From: Phallusia mammillata
Lineage: Eukaryota
Length of the DNA: 64,000 nucleotides
Assembly: GCA_965637545.1 (NCBI GenBank)
Contig: OZ281494.1
Span: 18,104,001-18,168,000, forward strand
Direction: 5' to 3'
Below, piece after piece: positions 23,321-36,966 of the stretch. The notes under the pieces are model-generated. The model was not told where the DNA came from. It saw nothing but the letters and a program-made list of their open reading frames with translations, and searched no databases. The position numbers and the translations under genes were made by a program. Positions within the stretch are counted from its first letter, which is position 1; each line of letters begins with the position of its first letter.

Positions 23321-24796
23321 TAAACCCGAGGCAAGGGCTTGCGCTTGACGCCAGGGTTTTTTCGACATAATTGATTCCTTGCCCCGCCTGCAGAATTGAA
23401 ACTTAAATCTATTAAAGTCAGCAAATCTTGGATAATACGAACCCTCTATGGTTAACCTCAGTCACAAAAAACCTAAACCTAGTTTAAAAGCCTAAACTAA
23501 ATAGGTAATTAAACATAACAGGAAATTGAACCGCTGACCAACGCCAAGTTGGCTATACTGCACTAGTATTACCGTGCCAGACTGATATAATCGCCGAGTC
23601 ACGTATACAACCAACCAAAGTGCAAACAAGAAGAAAAGATTTAAGTTAATATTTAAACCAAGCTGACATGAGCAGTTAGTTGTGCCTAAAGATGGGGCTC
23701 CTATTTGCTTGCGATAAACGTTCACACTGTCATTGTAGCAAATTCATCAGCTATGATAAAAATCGTAAAAGAATGTTAAAGAAAACATTTTTCAGTGACA
23801 AAAACTGCTCTAAATTGAAACGGACAGTAAATCAATTTCAGTCATAAACATGTCATGTATGCTTGTTTAATAAATAATAGACAGTATAAATTGCAGCAAA
23901 ACAATTTATGTTTAATGGCTTTAGAGCATAAGTTGATGATTCGCATCTGTTGGTGCAACAGCCGTCAATTGAGAAAGTTGAAACACTTACGACATTTTAT
24001 TTGCAAAAAAACATTTTACAATAGTGCATGCTATGCGTTGACGTAAAAAGTCAATATAAAAGTCAAAGTCAACAGAAAAAAACTGGCGTTAAACTTTGAA
24101 CGTGCACATAAGAGTCAGACATTGTCTGTTGTCTCGCTATTGCAGATCTGGTTTTAAATTCAGCAATTGTCACATACACATATACAAAGTCAGTTACAAA
24201 TGATTAAGATTCAAGTTCGTCAATGAATATTGCATATATTTTGTAATAGCAATTTACCGCATGAAAAGAACTTTGTTAAAACGGATTTTTACTGCAGTGG
24301 TCGGCAACTGCCGGTCCGTGAGTATTTCGTTATACCGGGCCGTATGCATACGCGCAGGTCTGGTGCTTTGAAACAATTTGCCCGTGTATCCGGGAGATTA
24401 TAAGTTAATTTATGCTTATTTGGTTACAAAAATGGTTGCCGATCCCTAACTTAGGGAAATGATATTACGAAAAAAATCGATATTAGAGGTAGGAAAGTTG
24501 TCGATCAGACATGCCAGTCCAACTCCTGAAATCAGTTTCGCTGACTATAAATGTCTCTAAATTAATAATTTAGACTAAAAGCCAAAGAGGGTGAGGGTTA
24601 TATCGGAATTTAGATATTTTCAGGTTATCAACAACACATTATAAACAGGCAAACATTTTAACCCTTAATCACGCAGCCAAACTGAGACACAGCCGCACAT
24701 TTAAAAAGATGACAAAAACGCAAAACAAAACCGGAATAAGGTCATACACCAAATGAACGTCATCTGTTGGCAATCACATTTAAAAGTTATTTGTAG

Positions 24797-27700
24797 TTAT
24801 GGAAGATCCATTATAAAGTCACTTTCAACACCGGCGTTGTCAGAAAACGGTGTCCCTTCTGACTCTGCAATAAACAAACATTTAGTTTCAGCCGAGTTCG
24901 TATAATATATACTTTTTAATTTATCAAACATATCAACATTAAAATTTTAAATATACAGTTTATCATACCTGGAAACAGGACAGGTTGTTGATTTGAAAAT
25001 TCAAAACTTTCATGTCGACTGACATTGTATACAGAAGATTCCGATGATCCTTCAGTTGTAATATTTGTTTATTCATTTTGTTTTTAACTGTGGCGATTTA
25101 TCAAAGGCACTGAATGTATTGCAAGTTTGGATCAAAAGTCTTTCACCATAATTAGATTACCTGGAGATTGCACGATCGGGAGGTTGGTTTGAAGTAAATC
25201 AGTCATTGTCTGAACGATGAACTGTTGCTGTTGGAGTTGTGGCTGCTGCTCCTGCTGCTGCTGGTTATGCTGCTGGGAACTAGCATTTACCACTAATTGC
25301 AACTTTTTTGATTTGTAGCCACGAAACGTTATTGGCTCTGTACGATAAATATTTGAGATAAGTTTTAATACTGTATGACATGAATCAACAAACGCTACAC
25401 CTAACACTTTACAAACTCTATATGCATTACCGAAATAAATTAGGGGTTTATAGGCTTAAAATACTTTTATATCGATAAGAAGCAATGCGCTGGCTGCTAA
25501 ACCCAACAACTTTACGTACTAGTGTAGTGTCGCCCGAACGCTCGATCTTTTGGTGTATCTGGGTAAAGATAGTGAATGCAGCCAAGAGCTCTAACTGTGT
25601 CAGGAATAGTGCGATCCCGAAAATTGTCTTTTATTGTGTCCGGTTCCAGATGGCTAACCACGTGATCAGGACCTAGGGCACGAAAATAATCGTTTCCTTT
25701 AACAGAAAGTGTCTAAACCCCTAAACATAGGATTTTTTATCAAAAAACATCTTGCAATATAAAATGTTAGTTTAAAACGCCAAAACTGTAATGTGTCTGT
25801 TAAGATGAAGTCGATCATTACAAAACCGTTTCTTGTTAAACATAAGCTGTTATATTGAACTTACCGTCGCAGTAGGATATTGACAAGCCACCAAGTATAG
25901 TATCGCTAAAACGGAAAAGAAAAGTCCCCAGTTTCCGCTGAAGTAGCATTTCTTGACACAACGCTTTGTCCACAAAACCATGTATTAATCTGACACAAAA
26001 TAGCCTTGTTTTATCAAAAATCAACAAACAAAAATGTTTATAAAAATAAAATGAAATTTGAGTTTTTGTGTTTTGTTGCATTTTACTGTAATTTTTATTT
26101 CACACATTCGACACAACTTATCATACTTACCCGAGATTCCAATATTTTTTCACGTGGTTGCTTGATACCAATTCCATGACCTTGAAAAACCACACCCAGA
26201 ATGTAAAAGACTTTTCAGGTAAATTGTCTTGGTTAAATTTGTTCCACGTGACCATTGTGTTTGGCTTTACTGATTCGGTATCTAAAAAAAGTATATCACA
26301 CTGTTCCAATGTACCAATGTAAATTTTTGTTTAAAATTATTTGTTGCTGAAGTTGGAGTCATATATAAACGTATTCATTAAATTCAGTTCAATTCAATGT
26401 TACGAAAGTAATAACTGCGCGACCAGGTCAGTGAGAGCCAAGCATTGGCCATCAAGACACTTGACCCGTTACTGTTTACTTAAGAATAAAAAAGGGAAAG
26501 GGACGCGACCGGTTTTTTTCATGAGTCGTTTTGGCAGTTACCCATACCATCAACACAGAAGCTACAGCATACAGATCAGGTTTTATTCACGCACAACGTG
26601 TCGATAAGAACGTGGGGTAACATATTTGATTGATGGGCGGTATGTTTCCACGGAAATGTGCCGATCTGTTATGAGTGTTTTAAGTTTTGCAAAATAAAAT
26701 TAGACAGTGACTTACCAAAGAGCTTGCGCGTCAAATACTTTTGCGCACAAAGACTTAGACCACCACTCTCCATGTGTACACTCGATTCGTTTTCACATTC
26801 TTTCTTCCAGAGCCAATGCAAACCATCAAGAATCCAACTCCACTGCACCTGACTTGGTACTTCAAAAGGTCGTCGGAACTGCAAGTTTTTAAATAGGAGA
26901 ATTGAACAATAGAACACCAAATGCAGTTGACAGAAACACAATGGCAAAGGAAAGGCAAAATCGATAAATTAGGTTTGACCAATTATACAACTGCCGTTGA
27001 ATCCCACAGACATAACACTTTAACATGCAGGTTAGTGACAATAATAAAATATTTTCAATTTTTTTTAAATAGTCGTTTTTCTCAAAACATACAACTGACA
27101 TTAGTGTAAGTACAAGGATTACCTGATCGGAAAATGCATTGTCCCAAAATATTGTAGCGTGGGCATCGGCTTGTTGTTTTCCATGCGTGATTACAACAAT
27201 GGGGAGCGACATGGCCTAAAAACGTAAAGTATCTCTCACAGCTAATTAAGTTAAAGGTGAAAGAAGGAGAAAATCGATACAAAATTTTGACAACAGCCCC
27301 TTGCCTGTGCGGTGACGTTTAATTCGATGTTATGGGGCAAGTAGAGGCAGATTTGAGATCGGAACACCATACAATATTTTTCACGAGTCACAACAATATC
27401 AGCTTCGCTTTTGCGTACGATCGATTTCAACATCTAAAAGCACCAAAAAAACGTTTGTAAAGAACATCGTCGTTACATTTTATAAATGGAAGATAAAACC
27501 TGCTTTAAAGTACACGCAAAAAAATATGTAACCTAAATTTAATTGAAGTTCATCCAACAGTCAATTTAAACTATGATTACATGCCATTTAACACTCTAAC
27601 ACACCATGTTTGTCATGTGAACTTGAACATGTGTAGTATCTTCGCTGAAGTCCAGTTGCTTCTTAACGCTGTTCGTAATTACCCCCGATTTAGCACTGCA

Positions 27701-30700
27701 TATAATAGAACATCATAACAATAATGCATTGTTTTTCAATCAGTTTATCGAAAGTAAATTGGCAGTGACTACTGAGAGGAGATATTCTGGGGCGTAAACA
27801 AGTTTGCTTGATTTGTAAGACATTTTTTAAAAGCATGCCAGCATAGTTAAAATATTTTCCGAAAAATAGCTCTATCATCATTTAAAATATTTGTCGGAAT
27901 TTTGGGGTTGATTTTATTTTGCTTGGTGAAAGAAAGCATGCGACACATTTGCACTAAAACAGTCACAAAGCTGGAAATAGCTGCGCAACCGTGAAACGTT
28001 ATGCAGTAAAAATATTAAGGTCACAATTGGAAGGACATCATACACTGTATTCGCGGATTATATTTTGGATTTACAAATATAATTTGCATTGCTTGACTGA
28101 CTGACCTTGTTTAGACAATACCCTCCAAGGGAATTTATAAGGTTGCAATGGATCAATAGTTACACACAGCTACAACAGATGTACTTACATTGGCAGTGTT
28201 GGACCGTTTTCTTTTATAGCACAAGCCACGTCGCTGCTTACAAGAGTCGCTTCAGTTGGAAAGTTTACTTTGTGTAAATCAAGGCAGGTGGACACTAGGT
28301 GACGCAACCGACAGACAAATTTCTTGTCTTTGGTGAGTACTTGTGGAGGCTGCTTTTCGACAACCAGGCCGCTAAACAATTTGTGTAATTTTTTGTATAT
28401 TTAATCGCTTGGTTAGTTGCTTTAAACACAACAAGAAGTATGTTTTTGGTTTGTTTTCTCTGTAAAATTTTGGAACGACCGCAACAAATAAATAATTTAA
28501 ATTAATAATAATTACAAAAAGAGCTAAAGCTAATTGCCTTGCTTTAAACCCACTTTTAAAATGAATAAGAGATAAACATAAATTATATGCTTACAACGTG
28601 ACTATTTCTGCGATGAAGTTTTTATAGTTGATGCGTAGTTGCTCCAGGACTTTCTCATCCATCGAGTTCATTTCTAAATTGGTAAAGTTGCAAATCTGCT
28701 CCAGACTCAACAACATCAATTCGACTGTAGCTTTACAGCTGAAAAATAGTATAAAGTGTGCTAAATGTGTGTGAAAATGTATTTACCTTTTTGCTTTTTA
28801 ATAATTTAATAAGGCTAAATGAACATTATTACCGAATTATACAGGCAATCGCAAGCCCTGAAATATGTTTAAACAGAGGAAATAGTTTTCCGCGCCATTT
28901 GCCGAAAAGTTTTTAAAAAGTTCATAACCCACCAGTTTTCTAGTTGGACAATATCATAGCTCTCCACGTATTTGCCGTTGGCCATAAAGGCCTGTGCTCT
29001 CTGCCACTCAGCGATCTCATGGTGAATTTTGCTCAGTAAATCTTTTAAACGCGGAAAAACTCGCTCCTGGTGACAGTTGAGCAGTGACTATCAACACAAA
29101 TACACATGTTGTTAAAAGTCAACGACATTTTGTAATATAACAATCACTAGAAGAATATTGCCACGTCATTTTTGTGTGTGCGTGTGTGTTAACTTGCATT
29201 GTTTAGTCTGCAGCTGGAAATATTTCCTACCTGCTAATGCAGAGTATACCGCCCTCTGTTTTCTGAGCGCCGTTCTAAACTTGTTTGTTATGTTGTTGGA
29301 ATCTGCTCGTTTCGCATATAATGCTGAACTTATGGGTTGTATGGTCATTACTGGTTTTGGTCAACTATCGAACCGATTTTACTATTTACTGAGTTTTCGT
29401 AATGTCAAAATAGCAATAATTACGTAAACATTAACTGTACTAGTAGTACCAACGACAAATAAAGTATTACTGTCAAAATATCCATATGTCAGAAAAACAG
29501 TTTTAGTACAACTTATCATACGTTCGATCTGCATACCAAGTGCTGCTTACCTTCCTGTTGTTAATTAAGGTTTCTCTCATTCTGATAAGGTTTTGCATCG
29601 TACGATTCTCGCTTTGATTTACGTCGCACCTGTCGAGAACTTGAACTGAAGAAAGTTCATTAATAAAAAGTTGTAATTTTTGCAATTAACAAAATAACAT
29701 TTGTTTGATTTTTATTTGTACGTAACCTTGGAAGAGCAAACTAGATTTTTTAATTATGTATCAAATAATTCGAAATCAGAGTGGCATGGTTCTCGAGCCA
29801 GTTAACTTAAGTACGTAACTTAGGAAAACCATACCATTAAATTGACCTGACAGGCATTTGTAGATTAAAAGTTGGATAATAAGGCATTCAATATAAACGG
29901 CATAGCCCATTTAACCCGCGCAAAAACATTTAACTGTTTGGCCTTTTTGTTTGATAATATGATCAAACAACGTTGATAATTTTCGCTTAATCCATACTCA
30001 CTATTTCCTGTGCACTTTCTCAGCTGATTTATTCCATTAAGAGTTGGTTGAAACCTTGAACCCAATTCGCGACACAGAACTTGGACTTCTGATATGTCCT
30101 AAAAGAAACGATGAGGATAGTTTATGTTACATCATAGAATTTTACAAAGCAGTATACATTTTATTTTACGAATTGATAAAGTGACGTAACTTCAATGGTT
30201 TGTTTGTTTATGTGTCCGTATGTTCGTATGTTAACAATTGTGTCACAATCAACGAATTTAGTATTCGGCATGCTTTACAGCCTACGCACAGATTCAGCAA
30301 CTTCTACATAAACACAGTAGTATCAGAAAGAAGAGGTCTGATTGTAATTCAATTGCCATGAGGATGTTATCTCGCAGTTTCCTATCGGAACTTGCATCTG
30401 TCACTATAATGCCCACTTACGGTACACATGCTTCAAAAGTCAAATTCAACATTTCAAGTCATTAACCAACCCTCATGTGGTTCCGTAACCGTTCAGTAGC
30501 GACTTCAACTGGACGACGGAAATAAGGCTCATGTTCCTGAACTGGCAAGGAATTATCCACCATACTGCCACAAGGAAACGACTGATTGTAGTTTAAAGAG
30601 GTTTCTGGTTGCAACGGTTGCGATGTGTAAACAGTTCCTGAATAACCCGTTTGATTTGGCGTGTTAAGGCACAACAAACCATCACTGGGTGGAACAGTGT

Positions 30701-30737
30701 TCATCATTTGATTGTCACAAGTCATAGATTGGTCCAT
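24797..30737 (-). CDS. STAT: STAT transcription factor (STAT5-like), multi-exon
   Basis: Spliceable exons encode coiled-coil (HEIAEWQRAQAFMANG), DNA-binding (LVVEKQPPQVL; SLPIVVITHGKQQADAHATIFWDNAFS), linker (FTFWVWFFKVMEL), SH2 (LIHGFVDK...GTFLFRFSDTILGGLSI; YLYPDTPKDRAFG) and tail Tyr (GYKSK, ~25315) segments, a polyQ-rich exon, and a final exon ending DFIMDLP* at 24797. First coding exon 30737-30471 is inferred. Confidence 0.93.
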
Positions 30738-31464
30738 AGATAATTACCAGACCGTGGTATATATTATTTCAAAATTTATCAATGATTATAGGCACTGCAT
30801 TAAAACTGTTCTATTGTGGTGTTGCCAAAACATTACATGTTACTCATATTGCCATGTATTGCTATTACACGTATTTAACAACAAAATATACCAAAAAACA
30901 AACAAGCCAAAACGACAAGCCAAAATTATTTTTTTTTACATAAAGGGATCAACAAGTAAATAAAACACTTGTGCCTCTGTAAAGTATATTCTGATACTCA
31001 ACCAATCTTTCAACCTGACAAAATTACGCGCACCGCACAAAACCAACGAAGTGGAACATCCAAAGTAGGTTGACTTTGCTACAGGTTAACAACTTGCTCA
31101 CTGTGGACTTAAAAAAAGCCGGAAATACTTGGGTCAATAAGTAACCAACACCGCCTCAAGCTGCTGACGCCCATCGACATTCATTAGTATATACCTGACC
31201 CAAATTTTGACTAGATTTTGAAGCCGATTACCAGTTTATATTCAATAACCCACAATACACATTTTTGCAAGGGTTGTTTAAAAATTTAGCACTTGAAATG
31301 CTTGAATTTTTGTTGCCTATTTGCTAGTTATTGCCTTTTACCTCTGCCCGACATCTGTCAAGCATATTTATCGCAATAGTTACGAGATTTGTGTTTTCGT
31401 CCAAACCAAACTTGAGTCCAAAATTCAATCCAGACCCATACATGCGCAAGTAACGATACACTCC

Positions 31465-31829
31465 CAGTGGCGTAGCCAGGGAGGGGCCAAAGGGGCCATG
31501 GCCCCTCCCAAATTTTCAAAGTTGTATATTGAGAAACTTTAATTTAGTGTAGTTTTGCCTCTCATCATTGTGGTTTAGTCTTTCAACTATAAAAAAAATT
31601 ATAAATTAACAAAAATGACTGTTGTCACCAAGTTGTGAGGTGAAATCCATGCTTTTTATATTTATGTAGACATCGAATAAATCAATAAAGCGTTTGGCTG
31701 TCCCGTCGAACCAAGGTTTGGCAAGTCACGTGTTTGGTAAAAGCACGCCCTACGCCAAACATTAGCAAAAAGTTATTAGACAGCAAACTATTTGGCCCCT
31801 CCCAAAGTGTTCGTCTGCCTACGCCACTG
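31465..31829. mobile_element. hAT-type MITE
   Basis: TIR CAGTGGCGTAG / CTACGCCACTG; perfect 8-bp TSD TACACTCC; subterminal GGCCCCTCCCAAA repeats. Confidence 0.9.
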
Positions 31830-32404
31830 TACACTCCCAGTTTCCTGTTCTGAATAACACACGAACCAATTTTATGTTCTTTACCAACCACAATACAATA
31901 AACTGCAATACTGTGAGCATAAACGTAGCATATTAGTAAATACTTCTTCAATCTCTTCAAAAAATATGTGGTCTGAATTATATTTTTTTTGTGATCCAAA
32001 GCGAACAGTGATAGTTAACACACTCACTACTTAATTACTTTATTTACCCCACAGGCTGTTATGTGGGTTTCAAACTTCCTTATATCTTTGAAAGCCATAC
32101 CGCTACATTGACCTGCTGACTGAGGCCACAACCTGAAAGGTAAACATCGCTGCGTGTACAGGAGCTGGAAATGGTCACGCGTTTCTAGCTCCTTTCGGAT
32201 TACAGGCGGCGTTAAATTTTGAGGAAGTCGTTGTGCTAACGCTCAGGGGCTTTTCCTCTCACTGCAGGGCAATTTCATGACAAGCTTCGACAAGCTGGGT
32301 CATGTGCGTTAGACTGCAGCTGCTCATGCTTTGTGGTTTTTACAGCGATATCATTGTAAACTACACAGTGTCTATTTTTTCACACACAAAAAACTCTTCT
32401 AATG

Positions 32405-33183
32405 CAGTGGTTCCAAAACTTTTTTAATGCGACCTAAATACTCCCAAAATTTTGTTTTGAGGTTTCTCGCGACCTATGGACATGCAGTCTTACTATTGTG
32501 GTAAAATTCGATTTCGCCTGAACTTTACAGCTGCCTGGTTCAATTAAGCATTATCAGCTACTAGACAACGTTCAACAGTAAGCAAACACAGTGCTCTTCA
32601 ACCTTTAGGTATTTTGTCAAACTTTGCGCAACCCCATAAAATAATTTTAATGAATATAATACAAGTAGGCTACATCAAAGAAAGAAGATGAATACACATC
32701 CAAACCACATCACAATGGTTGACTTGAATTAAACGGTTAACTGAAACGCATTGCCGTGTTATTTGGATCGGTCGTTTCTACATTAATCTCGCAACTTAGC
32801 TGGAGTGTAACAAGGTTGTATTTATTACGTCACAATTGGTCAATGGTGTAACAAAGGTTAACAATATTGCACAGGCGATCATTGCTGTTCGAAACAATGA
32901 TACTATGAATCATTCGTGTTCGAATTGCTACTCCCCGTGCAACCCTTAAAGTTCACGGAACCCCTGAAAGGGTTGTACGGAACCCTAGGGTTCCGCGGAA
33001 CCCCGGTTGAAGAGCTCTGAGCTCACACATAGCATGTGTCACATACTTTTGAAATCACACAGAATTAACCGTTATCACGGCAAGTTGTGATGTTCTTAAT
33101 TATTGCAACACAAAAACAAGTGACCCAGCAAAGTCTTTAGGCGACCAAACTTTGGGTCGCGACCCATAGGTTGGGAAACACTG
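32405..33183. mobile_element. hAT-type MITE (outer) containing a nested MITE
   Basis: Ends CAGTGGTTCC / GGAAACACTG; perfect 8-bp TSD TTCTAATG. Confidence 0.85.
32589..33019. mobile_element. hAT-type MITE nested in 32405..33183
   Basis: TIR CAGTGCTCTTCAACC / GGTTGAAGAGCTCTG; decayed TSD AGCAAACA vs AGCTCACA (6/8). Confidence 0.75.
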
Positions 33184-33869
33184 TTCTAATGTAGGCTACG
33201 TGGTAATGGGGCAGTTAAGGGGTCGAAAATTCCGCATGGTATCGCCACGCAACAGTTATAGTTGTCATAACGGCACAAACGCGCGCAAATTGAAAGGCCT
33301 AAATTTCGCATTACTCCGTCAACACAACTCTACTCCGTCATATTTTTACCACTAAACATCGTTATTTGCCAACTTAAATCAACTAAAAATGGATTATTCT
33401 AAATGGAAATCTGAGTTAAATAAAAGATGTCCCAAAACAACTGGCAAGAAGGAGGATTTAATTTTAAGATGCGTTGTATTTCTGTGTTTTTTTGCAATAG
33501 CTTCTTGTTTTTTCTCTGCATAACTACTTGTACACAGACTTCAGGCTCATGATAGGAATGACAACTTCACTTGTGCTGTGAGCTTGATGGAGAATGTAGG
33601 TTGCAGCTCTGAGTTACAGTGGCACAAAGTAGAGTTTACTCAAATAATCAGCTAGGATCAAATACCACACACAACTGAGGAACAAGTGAAAGTTTATTTT
33701 CATTTCAAGTCCACATGTGACAAAATTTCCAACAGTGATGTGAAGGCTATTGTGAAAGGACGCCTAGTCTGAAATGTTTATTTGAGTTTTATTTAAGTGG
33801 CATTGTACATGCTTCACTGAAAAAAATGTTTCATATAATGTCAAAATAAAACTTGAAAACAGTGGAGAA

Positions 33870-34720
33870 ATTGTAAATTCAGAATGTGAGTGTGCAGCAG
33901 GAAGAGGACCTGTTGCTACATGCAAACATCTAGCAGCCACAGCTCTTATGGTTTCCAAATTTCACATCACAGAAGAGCTATCTGTTAAGAAAAGTTATAC
34001 AGATCAGTTTTAAACGTTTCACCACCCTGCAACACAATTGAAAAGTAATCACTCACTTTATTTATTACATGACCTGTATAGTGGTGACTTGTAAACCTTG
34101 TTTTCTACAAATTGAAAAATTGAATGAAACACAACTGAACAAAGTAAGTGCAAGGAATGTTAACCAATGAAAGTTTCGCATAACAGCACCAAAATTTAGG
34201 GATATTATTTTGGCAACTGAAAGAAGAAATATGCAAAACTATGTAACTCTAAGTTTGTACTGTCCACAGGAGCAATATGTCATGCCAAAATGTATGAAAA
34301 AAGGGCACTTACTTTGTTCAGCAAAACAAAAAATATCCACATGAGTGCGGCAGGTCTGTTTATTGACAACCAACAGCCATACTTTGCTGCAACACCAGAT
34401 GCAAAGCAAGAGAAAACTGGTTTGGTTAAGATTAAATGTCCATCTAGGGAAAGATTGCAATTATAACCGAAGGTGCTAACTTCCCATATCTGAATTTGTG
34501 AGTGACAGCCTTCAATTAAAAAAAATCATAAATACTACTTTCAGATTCAGGGACAAATGGGCATTGCTAATAAGCAGTACTGCTACTTTGTGGTGTATGA
34601 ATTCGAAGATTTTTAAGTTTTCAGATTCAAGGACATTTGGGCATTGCTAATAAGCAGTACTGCTACTTTATGGTGTATACATTTAAAGATGTATTTGTGC
34701 AGAAAAATTGCGAATCGGTC
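33870..34720 (+). pseudogene. SWIM zinc finger + YqaJ (lambda-exonuclease-like) remnant of the ISL2EU element
   Basis: ECECAAGRGPVATCKHLAA (SWIM), PYFAATPDA, VKIKCP, HNKYYFQIQGQMGIANKQYCYFVV; stops, frameshifts and an ~80-bp internal duplication at ~34540-34690. Confidence 0.8.
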
Positions 34721-35140
34721 ATTGGTTTAAGTAATTATATACTAAATGTTTAGTTGATAACACAAGAATACATTATCATGTACTTTTTGGAAAACACACA
34801 CACATTGTGCTGGACAGAACTGCCATACCCTAACTGACATACACAAAAAAATGTAACACTTATCTCTAACAATACATTGCCTAACATTTGTCCCCATAAA
34901 ACAAACAAAAATAAGTTTATTTGACAGATGCAGCATAATGAGGCATGGATTGCTTTAATATATTGTATATTTTAGCTATATATTATTTTATATTAAGAGT
35001 CCTATGACTCTCTTAACATTGATCCTTTCTGATGCAGTATGCCTATCCTTTAGTTACTACTGAAATATTTTCATGGCTTTTTCCTTTTAGCATTGTTAGG
35101 GATAGACCAAGTATTGCTCATCCAGCAGTTTTTATTGTAA

Positions 35141-35190
35141 ACAATCGACGTTTCGACGTCCTATACAAGACGCCTTCATCAGGATAATGA
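35141..35190 (-). ncRNA. Minimal hammerhead ribozyme motif (inverted copy)
   Basis: Reverse complement of the motif at 36917..36966. Confidence 0.75.
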
Positions 35191-35963
35191 CATAACTTGC
35201 AAGACGAATGTCTTTTAAAGCGACAAAATGCAAAACACACACATGTAAAACAGCGATATACTTCAGATTCAAAGGTTCCTTTTACAAACAAATGTATGGC
35301 ACGGCCATGGGCTCTCCTGTCTCAGTGGCCGTTGCCAACATGGTCATGGAGTCTGTGGAGGAACGCGCCTTGCAAACTTTTGCCAAACCACCACGATTTT
35401 GGCGACGATATGTAGATGATACATTCTGTGTCATTCAGAAACACCAGGTTACAGAATTTCTGCAACATTTAAACAATGTGCAACGAGGAATTGCGTTCAC
35501 TATGGAATTGGAAAGCAAGAACCGGCTTCCTTTTCTAGATGTGGAAATTTTAAAAGCGGCGGATGGTAGGCTTTCCACGCGGGTGTACCACAAGCCGACC
35601 AGCACCATGCGCTATTTACACTTCACATCCCATCATCCTTTGTACCAGAAAAGGGCTGTTGTCAAAGCACTCAAAGACCAGGCCAGACGCTTGACGACAG
35701 ACCCAGCATTGCTTCAGGCGGAGTTGCACAGGGTAAACGAGGCCCTGCGGTTAAATGGCTACCCGAACTGGATTCTCCGTGATCACAAAAAGGTTGCACG
35801 GAAAGAAATCCAGTACAAAGAACGTGCCTTCGTCACCTTACCTTACATACCAAGGTTAACAGATATAATCCGTCGCATGTTAACCGATTTCGGAGTATCG
35901 GTTGGGGTCAAACCAGCAAACACCCTACGTCAGATGCTGTCGCACCCAAAAGACCCTCTAGAT

Positions 35964-36457
35964 CAGGGGTGTGCAACCCGCGGGCCACAATCCGGCCCGC
36001 CAAGCCATTTAGTGTGGCCCTCAACAACACTCTGATTCTCTGATTAGTTTTCGGTAAATCTCCTAAGTTGCTATACGTAACAAGAAAAATGCTAAACCAG
36101 CGCATGAAACTTAATACACCCAGACCTATGGTCTTCTATTCGCACTAGGTGCTTGTTGCGTATCTATACCGAATGTGACGTAATATACCTCTTTGTCTAG
36201 TAAACAATTACTTTGTTGTGAAAGGCAGTGTTGCGACGAAACCTACTTGCACCTAACATTTTAAAGTTGATTTTGAAAGCAAAATAAAACAAAACGCAGG
36301 GGTGTGGAAATAATATCGACATGATATTATAATGCAAGCCGCACAAACAGTAGTGTAAAAAAGTGTAAATACGGTACATGAAAAAAACTGTGTGGCCCTC
36401 GCTTGATGTCCGAAATTGGTTATATGGCCCACCGCCGAAAAAGGTTGCACACCCCTG
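35964..36457. mobile_element. hAT-type MITE interrupting the Penelope ORF
   Basis: TIR CAGGGGTGTGCAACC / GGTTGCACACCCCTG; perfect TSD CTCTAGAT. Removing it restores the frame HPKDPLD|ATATRGVVYAIPC. Confidence 0.95.
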
Positions 36458-36916
36458 CTCTAGATGCTACTGCAACTAGGGGTGTGGTGTATGCTATACC
36501 GTGCGGGGAGTGTGACGAAATATACATCGGTGAGACTGGTAGAAGTCTAAATACGCGCCGGAAGGAGCACGAAAGGGATGTGTGCAAGAATGATGCGAAG
36601 AAATCAGCGTTGGCAAACCATGCAACGACTCACCACCACAGCATTAATTTTTCCGCTGCTCAGGTGTTGGTGAAGGAAACTGATTACCACAAGCGAAGTT
36701 TCCTAGAGTCTTGGAACATCCATTCACGCGCCAACACAATGAACGTTAAAACAGATGTTCTAATGCCGATAAATTATCGGTCGCTTTTACACCACTGAGC
36801 TTGTTTTATCTCTACGGTGGTGCGAGTTTGCAGCGCGCGATCTTGTTATCGCTGTTTTACATGTGTGTGTTTTGCATTTTGTCGCTTTAAAAGACATTCG
36901 TCTTGCAAGTTATGTC

Positions 36917-36966
36917 ATTATCCTGATGAAGGCGTCTTGTATAGGACGTCGAAACGTCGATTGTTT
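36917..36966 (+). ncRNA. Minimal type-I hammerhead ribozyme motif of the Penelope terminal repeat
   Basis: CTGATGA (36923) + A + stem II GGCGTCTT-GTAT-AGGACGTC + GAAAC-GTC. The palindromic ACGT stem III is typical of dimeric PLE hammerheads. Predicted cleavage after C36958. Confidence 0.8.

Noticed and set aside
32050-32340. GC-richer segment upstream of STAT as a missing N-domain exon or ncRNA
   Set aside because: The translations I checked contain stops and show no STAT N-domain motif; no convincing structure seen.
36403-36457. ORF-track start MMSEIGYMAHRRKRLHTP of the GIY-YIG ORF
   Set aside because: These codons come from the inserted MITE, not from a gene start.
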